A stretch of DNA of 64,000 nt, taken from contig CP070666.1 of the NCBI GenBank assembly GCA_020351775.1, forward strand, positions 4,723,138-4,787,137, read 5' to 3'. The position numbers and the translations under genes are program-made. This stretch comes from Gemmatimonadota bacterium. Its GTDB lineage: Bacteria > Gemmatimonadota > Gemmatimonadetes > Gemmatimonadales > GWC2-71-9. Positions 58,072 to 64,000 of this stretch are shown piece after piece (positions within the stretch are counted from its first letter, which is position 1; each line of letters opens with the position of its first letter). Under the pieces are notes generated by a model. It searched no databases. It was not told where the DNA came from and was given only the letters and a program-made list of their open reading frames with translations.

Positions 58072-59582
58072 GGCCGATATAGCAGCAAGGTGCCGTCCCA
58101 GTCGATTGTGAGCGCAACACGGTCGCGGCGCACAACGGCCCGCTTTCGCGTATCTACCAGCGGCGCAATCGCACGCGCGAGTGACAGCGCGGCGAGACTG
58201 ACTGGAGCTTCACTGCGCACGAGCCACGGTATGGTCGCGACCAGTTCGGCCGCGGCCTGGCACCGAGCCGAGACAGTGCGAGGCAACCCGACCACATATG
58301 CCAGTTCGGCACCCGACCGCAGCGTGCTGTCGAACGCGGCAGGATTGAGTCCCACAGCCGAGAGCCGGGACTCGCCCGTCGAGACCGCGGCGGCGATATC
58401 CGGCGCGATTCCCAGTGGCGCAAGTATCTCCGTATCTTTGCTCGATGCACCCAAGGCAACGAGTCGTTCGGCGAGGTCGCGGGCAACCGGATCGCCAGAT
58501 CGATAGACAATCCGTTCCGTCCCGCTCCGGCCCGTCGCACTTGTGATCGCCGATTCCGGCCGGACTGTGGTCGCGTCACACATGCTCAAGTCCATCCACC
58601 AGTGTGGAGGCTCGGCCGCACGGGCTTCGGCGCGCACAGCGTGCCTTGCCAGTTCCTCTAGCGTTCGTCTTGGCAGGCCGCTCTCGTCCGGGATCACATC
58701 TCCCCCGGGTTGTCCGGCTCGTGATGGACGCGATCTCCGCGGGGAGACGACTACGCGGGTTCGATCCCAACTCATGGGGACGACCAGGTATTCGGATTGG
58801 GAGCCAGCGTAATCAAGCGCCCGCGGATCTTCGGTCACCAGCAGGTCGTGACCCTCGTCGATCACGTCACGCGGGTCCATGCCACTTACCATCTCGAATC
58901 GGATAGGGCGATGTTCCCCAACCCCGTCGGGGTGGGCTGCGGTCAAGATGAGGGTCATATCGGAGTCGGTGCCGGCGACGCGATACGGCCCCGTCCCAGC
59001 CGGCCACTCGTCCGGGGCAGACGCGGCTGTCACCCCCAAGTCCGGGTTGGCAAACAGCAGCGGTATCGATTCATGAAGCCTACCGAGCCAGACCACCAAC
59101 TCGTTGGAGCCTGCAACGTAGATCGAATCCGGTTCCATCCCCAACCGGCGTGCCGCCCCCGAAGACAGCCAACTCGCCACCACGTCGGTGGCCGTGACGG
59201 GGCTACCATCCCAGAACCGAGCATCACGACGCAACAGGAACCTCCACTTCCGTCCCTCATCGTCCGGACTCCACGCCTCGGCCAAAGCCGGGAGCGGACG
59301 TCCCCTGCAATCCGCCCTGATAAGCGCTTCGTAGAGGTGACGGTAGACCATCCGCTCGCTGTCGTTATGCGAGGTGGAGAGTCCGGGGCGTCGCACATCT
59401 TGCAGCAATGCGACCCGTATGGTGTCGCCTCGAGCGGATGGCGGCGAGACGAGGACGCACTCGTCCGACTCCGGTTCGCCAGCTGAGCGCGGTGGCGGCG
59501 TGGTACCACAGTTGGCGACCAGCAGCCCCAACAGGAATCGAAACGCCGCTCGTCGGAAACAAGACAACCGCATCGTGTGCAC
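58068..59582 (-). CDS. Divergent family-5 solute-binding-like lipoprotein, coupled to the kinase
   Basis: Lipobox-like LVANC; HLYEALIRAD...PALAEAWS...WRFLLR...FWDGSPVTATDV matches the OppA/DppA N-terminal region; ATGA overlap with the kinase. Confidence 0.65.
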   Translation of the reverse strand: MHTMRLSCFRRAAFRFLLGLLVANCGTTPPPRSAGEPESDECVLVSPPSARGDTIRVALLQDVRRPGLSTSHNDSERMVYRHLYEALIRADCRGRPLPALAEAWSPDDEGRKWRFLLRRDARFWDGSPVTATDVVASWLSSGAARRLGMEPDSIYVAGSNELVVWLGRLHESIPLLFANPDLGVTAASAPDEWPAGTGPYRVAGTDSDMTLILTAAHPDGVGEHRPIRFEMVSGMDPRDVIDEGHDLLVTEDPRALDYAGSQSEYLVVPMSWDRTRVVVSPRRSRPSRAGQPGGDVIPDESGLPRRTLEELARHAVRAEARAAEPPHWWMDLSMCDATTVRPESAITSATGRSGTERIVYRSGDPVARDLAERLVALGASSKDTEILAPLGIAPDIAAAVSTGESRLSAVGLNPAAFDSTLRSGAELAYVVGLPRTVSARCQAAAELVATIPWLVRSEAPVSLAALSLARAIAPLVDTRKRAVVRRDRVALTIDWDGTLLLYRP

Positions 59583-59756
59583 GACCAGCTAGTTGGCCGC
59601 CGTGAGCACTGGGGCAATCGTCGCAGCACCCAGCTCAACGACCAGGGCCCTACGGCCCGATGATCGGATGTATGACATGGTTGGGTACCTGCACTGCGCG
59701 TGACTCCATCACACTACGCCGCTGGCGCAGGCTTCGCCAGGTCGAGTCCCTAGATT

Positions 59757-60330
59757 CTAGCCTAGATCGAGTTCACCAGGATTGCCACCAATAGCAGCAA
59801 CAGCCCCCGGGGATCCCTCAGTTGGAGATAGCCTGTCGCTCGGCTTCACCAAGTTGACACTGGCGTAGACAGCGCCCACGTGTGCCCCTGGACGCTCGAC
59901 CACGTCCGCCGCGACTCTGAACCCGAGGTGTCTCTTCACACAGAATCCGACGTGGGCTGCAGCTCCGACCCCCCCACGGGAATCGAATAGCAGGGCACCA
60001 AGCCCGATGTCGAGCACGATGCCACGCGGTTGGGTTCTTGCGCGGGCCTTGAGGGCCGACCCGTGTATCTCCCTAGAAATCAACTCCAACGAGACCTGTC
60101 CCCCCAACAGCCGACCCCCAGCCGCTCACTGGCTGGAGCAATCCGCATTCCCATCTGAGGTTGCGATTGGCACTGGTGGTGAGAGAGCCGAAGTCGAATC
60201 TGAAAGCGTAGCCCACGTCTGAAACGCAATGACGTTGGCACTCGCCGAATTCTGTACATGGGACTGATGTGTCCTGTGCGGCGGCCTTGCGCGCCAGCAA
60301 GGGACATGACGCCAGGATCGCCGGTGGCAT
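59757..60330 (-). pseudogene. Decayed exported, probably outer-membrane beta-strand-rich protein
   Basis: Signal-like start ...AAAQD; alternating beta-strand patterns (NLRWECGLL, AVGGTGLVGVDF); TAG at 60073-60075 and a frameshift ~60055 into ALKARAR...VLDIGLGALL...VYASVNL. Confidence 0.4.
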
Positions 60331-60491
60331 TCAGTATCCTAAAATCAGTTATTACTAGTCGGCTGCGATGTTCCCACCCCGGCTGATGTCCCTGCGTTGG
60401 AGCACTGAGTCCGTGCCAAACTCAGTCGACGACCGCGCCTCACATGCAATCGAAGCGGGCCGATCTACGATACCGCTGAATCGGGCCAGCC

Positions 60492-61268
60492 CTACTCGGC
60501 TGCCGAGTGCAGGGCAAAAGCGGCACCTTGCGGATCCAAGCACTGCGCCACCATGTCGCCGCCGGGTACCTCCATGGGGCCGTTCAGCACCGTCCCCCCC
60601 AACTCTCTGACCTTTGCAGCGGCCTGATTCACATCGTCCACCCTCACATAGAGCAGCCACGATGACGGCACATCCTTCGGCTTGTCGAACATCCCGCCGA
60701 GCGGAGTCCCGGTCCCGGGGCAGCCGTACATGTGGTAGATCCCCATCTCTCCCATGTCGTAGGAATCCGCCGTCTCCCAGCCGAAGAGCTTCTGGTAGAA
60801 GTCGAACGCAGCAGTCTGATCCTGGGTGGCCAACTCGTGCCACGAGAATTCACCGATGCCGGGTGGTCCTTCATGGCCTGGTGGTTCTTCGAACGGTGCG
60901 ATCACAGCAAACACAGCATGCTGCGGATCTTGCAGCACGGCGAAGCGTCCGGCTGCCGGAATATCAGTGGCAGAGACCAGCACCTTGGCACCGAGTTCCA
61001 GCGCTTTGGCCACCGTGGCATCGGCGTCCGGCACCGCGACGTACGCGACCCAGTGCGCAGCTGCACCTGACTGGCGCGCCTCCTCCGGTAGACTCACTAT
61101 GCCCCCCAGCGGCACTTCTCTGTTTGTCCATATCAGGTAGGGTTGGTCACCCTCCCACGGCGTGGTCCCCCATCCGACGAGATTGCTGTAGAAGTCCGCT
61201 GCTCCCTCGACGTCGGAAGTAATAAGGTCGTACCAGACGAACCGGCCCAGCGGTACCGTGCCCGACAT
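60492..61268 (-). CDS. VOC (glyoxalase/bleomycin resistance) family protein, two domains
   Basis: FVWYDL...FYSNLVGW and FSWHEL...FYQKLFGW; WVAYVAV, WLLYVRV, DPQHAVF, DPQGAAF. Confidence 0.92.
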   Translation of the reverse strand: MSGTVPLGRFVWYDLITSDVEGAADFYSNLVGWGTTPWEGDQPYLIWTNREVPLGGIVSLPEEARQSGAAAHWVAYVAVPDADATVAKALELGAKVLVSATDIPAAGRFAVLQDPQHAVFAVIAPFEEPPGHEGPPGIGEFSWHELATQDQTAAFDFYQKLFGWETADSYDMGEMGIYHMYGCPGTGTPLGGMFDKPKDVPSSWLLYVRVDDVNQAAAKVRELGGTVLNGPMEVPGGDMVAQCLDPQGAAFALHSAAE

Positions 61269-61506
61269 AGGTCCCCCCGTTCACATTTGCCTCGGTTATG
61301 GGAAACGGTGAATTATCGCATGAGCGGAGCGACTACACTACCACGGGACCACGGCTTGCCAGCGTCGCTCCCGCAGACCAGAATCCTACTAGCGCCACCA
61401 GCGACGAAACTTTCCTGGGCGGGGAGCCGTCGAGAAATGCGGAGGGATCCGCCCGGGGGCACGGCAGCACATCAGGAGGTATTGAGGGCTACTTGGGGAC
61501 GACAGT

Positions 61507-61992
61507 ATGGCGTTGATCGAATGTCCTGAGTGCGGAGCCGATGTATCGTCCAAGGCTGCGACGTGCCCAAGGTGCGCCTACCCGGTGAGCAAGAAGGTGG
61601 CTGGCCGTTCATCCGGGCTCCGGTCGCCGTACGGCGGCCTGGAGGTAGCCAAGCAGCTCCTCGGCCGCGTCGTGTTGGGCGGAGTTCTGTTTGCTAGTGG
61701 AGTGACATGGGAGGCACCACCAGTATTGATCTCATCACTCGTGATTTTCGGAACGTGCGTGCCGATCTGGCTGCGCGCCAGGAAGGCGGCGATCCTGGGA
61801 TACGCTGGTGACTCGGCCGTGCTCGAGGCTCGCGTGAAAGAGCTGATGGCAGACATGGAGTATCGCCAGATGCAGCAGCTGGACGAAGTAGCGGAACAGA
61901 ACTCGCGCCAGATTGCCGAACTAGAGGAGAGATTGGACTTCACCGAACGGTTGCTGGCGAAACAGGCCGACCAGTTCCAGAGGCCCAATTGA
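61507..61992 (+). CDS. Zinc-ribbon + 2-TM + PspB-like coiled-coil protein
   Basis: CPECG...CPRC; hydrophobic hairpin; C-terminal ELEERLDFTERLL. Confidence 0.75.
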   Translation: MALIECPECGADVSSKAATCPRCAYPVSKKVAGRSSGLRSPYGGLEVAKQLLGRVVLGGVLFASGVTWEAPPVLISSLVIFGTCVPIWLRARKAAILGYAGDSAVLEARVKELMADMEYRQMQQLDEVAEQNSRQIAELEERLDFTERLLAKQADQFQRPN

Positions 61993-62072
61993 CGCAACAG
62001 CCAAACGCGGCCAATGTTCGGTCAGGTCCGAGAGCAACACATCAGTGACGCGCGTGGAGCGCGATACGATCT

Positions 62073-62645
62073 ATGATGGCCCGCAAGAAACACGATTTCG
62101 ACTACGATTACGATCCTGACGACGACTTCGAGCTCGACCCGAGCGAAGATCTGAACTACGACAGGGAACTCGATTTCGAGGATGCTGATGAGTTCAGCAT
62201 CGGCCCGATGGCGGGCACGGGGAATGACGACGACGTCGAGATCTCCATGGAAGTCGACGCGGATGGCAGGGAAGTATGGTACGCCCAAGATCCGCGGATT
62301 CCCGGCAGCAGCTCGATCGGTCATAGTGCAGAAGAGGCCGTGGAGGGAGTGGAAGACCGGCGGCGACAGTACCGTGAGATGCTGCGCCGTTCCCGTGAGG
62401 AGGAGCTGGTGGAAGAGGCCGAGGAGATCCCGGAGCCAGAACACTCGGGCGAACATGAAGTCCAGATTTCAATGGAGGTCGACGAAAAGGGCAACGAGGT
62501 CTGGTACGCCCAAGACCCCCGAGTCCCTGGTAGTAGCTCGATCGGCCACAGCGCCGAGGAGGCGGTAGACGGGTTGGAGCAACGGCGACGGAAGTACCGG
62601 GAAATGCTGAGGAAGTCGAGGCGAAAAAAGAGTAAGGGGAAGTAG
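62073..62645 (+). CDS. Acidic/basic protein with two tandem HicB-like domains
   Basis: Two copies of ISMEVDxxGxEVWYAQDPRxPGSSSIGHSAEEAVxGxExRRRxYREML, matching the HicB pattern (xxDExGxYxAxxPxLPGCxxxGxTxEEAxxxxxEA). Confidence 0.7.
   Translation: MMARKKHDFDYDYDPDDDFELDPSEDLNYDRELDFEDADEFSIGPMAGTGNDDDVEISMEVDADGREVWYAQDPRIPGSSSIGHSAEEAVEGVEDRRRQYREMLRRSREEELVEEAEEIPEPEHSGEHEVQISMEVDEKGNEVWYAQDPRVPGSSSIGHSAEEAVDGLEQRRRKYREMLRKSRRKKSKGK
62235..62621 (+). repeat. Internal duplication, two ~162-nt units (62235-62396, 62460-62621)
   Basis: Period 225 nt (75 aa); near-identical peptide units. Confidence 0.9.
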
Positions 62646-62654
62646 AGCAGGAAC

Positions 62655-63015
62655 TCAGCCCCCGAATATCACCTCGAGGCGCGCCACATTGTCGCACATC
62701 ACACTCAGGTAGTCTCCTGACGCCGGTCCGTTACCGCACTGATCAAACACGACTGATTCCACTCCCAGCTCGCGCAGTTGCTGAGCATTGGCCGTAAGCG
62801 GGGTGTCCCAAAGCATCCACTCGGCCGCGTCATCCGGCAGGATCGACCTCAGCCCCAGCACATGTCCGCGCTGGGCTCATCGTCCGGTTCCCACTGGACG
62901 CTTCTCACGTTGAGACCGCAGCGCCTGGAGAGGTACTGATAGACCAGGTGGGAGGCTAACAGCGGTCTAGCTGCATCACCCCGTACAGCTTCGCCGATTC
63001 GGCGATCCAGTGCGG
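62655..63015 (-). pseudogene. Remnant (C-terminal half) of a ZnuA-like metal ABC substrate-binding protein
   Basis: PLLASHLVYQYLSRRCGLNVRSVQWEPD, frameshift ~62860, WMLWD...LGVESVVFDQCGN...GDYLSVMCDN; N-terminal half not recognisable. Confidence 0.65.
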
Positions 63016-63227
63016 AGTAGGGTACCGCCACATGGATATCGCCCACGGCGGAGCAGGGCTCTGCTCTATTGATGCTTGGGACAATTCCGGGGGGAACGCT
63101 GTGGACGAGACGAGGCTGCTACCTTCGTGGCGTGGGATCGCCCTGGCAACAGACCGTGGGCCGGCGACAACAGGTACCAATGTACGTGAGGTGCAGATGT
63201 CGCTATCGTGGTCGGGTAAATCGATGC

Positions 63228-63530
63228 TCATCCCGCCTTCTCGGACGCATTGGACTGGCGCTTCAACCACATGGCGACTATTCCCTCACACAGCCCCCGG
63301 TACACATCCATCCTACACTGTCCTTGATTCATCATGTCCACTAGCACCGGTAGCAGGGCCTGCACCAGTTCGGCGCGCCGCTGGTGCCCGTACGCATCCC
63401 AGTAGCTGTTGACTAGTTCGATCACGCGATCGGGCGGGGGACCCGTGAGCTTGAGAAACTCATCGGGCAGCGATCGGGCGGCTTCGAGATCGCGGTCCGA
63501 CACCATACCCATCGGAGACCATCCTTCCAA
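63228..63530 (-). CDS. Small hypothetical protein
   Basis: 100-aa ORF with plausible amphipathic helical composition; no family recognised. Confidence 0.3.
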   Translation of the reverse strand: MEGWSPMGMVSDRDLEAARSLPDEFLKLTGPPPDRVIELVNSYWDAYGHQRRAELVQALLPVLVDMMNQGQCRMDVYRGLCEGIVAMWLKRQSNASEKAG

Positions 63531-63802
63531 CCAAGGCGGAACAGTAAACGTTCTCAGAAAGTGCCGCGAAAATCAGCTCTCGGCTAGAGTGACCCTCCCT
63601 TGCTTGGCCAGCTGAAAGTCGCGGTCTTGCCAGCCGGCACCGTCCCAGCTATGGGCAGCTCAGCGTTTCCTGACCGTGCCGCATTCCGAAACGCCTTTGA
63701 AGACGACCAAGTCACCTATGTAGTTGATTCGACCGCACTGCCACCGGGTGCAGCGTTCACCAAACCGTAGCTGACACCGGCCTGGAACTGCAGCTTCCGA
63801 CC

Positions 63803-64000
63803 TCAGAGTGCGATGCCGTTCGCCTCCAGTTCGAACAGCAGGTCATCGCGACACACGACCGCCGGTGTCTCCAACAGAACGCCCCGTGGGATCGCATGGT
63901 TCTCGCAGTATGCGACGAATGTCGGAATGTCGGCAATGTCTCTGAAGTACGCCACTCCACGGGTGACATTGTCCCAATCCATGTTCTTTGACAGCAGAAT
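63803..64000 (-). CDS. RidA/YjgF-fold protein (FkbO/Hyg5-like subgroup), 3' end only
   Basis: My translation from base 64000: ILLSKNMDWDNVTRGVAYFRD...TPAVVCRDDLLFELEANGIAL*. Not in the ORF track. Confidence 0.7.
   Translation of the reverse strand: MLLSKNMDWDNVTRGVAYFRDIADIPTFVAYCENHAIPRGVLLETPAVVCRDDLLFELEANGIAL

Noticed and set aside
1-64000. Mobile elements, prophage, defence systems, rRNA/tRNA
   Set aside because: No transposase, integrase, phage structural, cas, restriction-modification or retron motifs and no cloverleaf or rRNA-like sequence recognised by eye; a tRNAscan/Rfam/DefenseFinder run would be decisive.

Overview
GC-rich bacterial chromosomal window. Gene content suggests Gemmatimonadota (inference, from the VPS10/BNR proteins, 6-bladed propeller remnant, DUF4159-MoxR operon and ELxERxDFxERLL small proteins). 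I recognised no rRNA, tRNA, CRISPR array, transposase or integrase. Left to right: (1) ligD (partial), a GT39-like glycosyltransferase, hydrolases/peptidases, a DUF3365 c-heme protein and bcp; (2) a tightly coupled 9-gene, ~15 kb minus-strand MoxR/DUF58/VWA/DUF4159 operon that also carries an exported TPR-zinc peptidase and a caspase/legumain-fold protein with Cys replaced by Ser; (3) housekeeping enzymes, mmuM and two tandem VPS10/BNR proteins; (4) the most unusual block, 37-46 kb: two tandem paralogues built as PAS repeats + long acidic disordered linker + a shared unassigned 4-TM domain, with no output domain. An inverted pair of perfect DnaA boxes abuts their putative promoter, and upstream lie an N-terminally shortened Rho, apparently coupled to an 8-codon leader ORF, and a divergent PAS kinase; (5) mscS, pepE and a sugar salvage cluster; (6) a sigma54 circuit readable from sequence: SBP-like protein, kinase, NtrC-type regulator, tandem palindromic enhancer and a -24/-12 promoter in front of a TPR lipoprotein; (7) VOC, a zinc-ribbon/PspB-like protein, an orphan tandem HicB-fold protein and a partial RidA-family gene. 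Four decayed genes, all apparently for exported proteins, can be reconstructed across frameshifts and stops, including an FN3-multiheme cytochrome lipoprotein. All family assignments come from motif recognition by eye; no database search was run.
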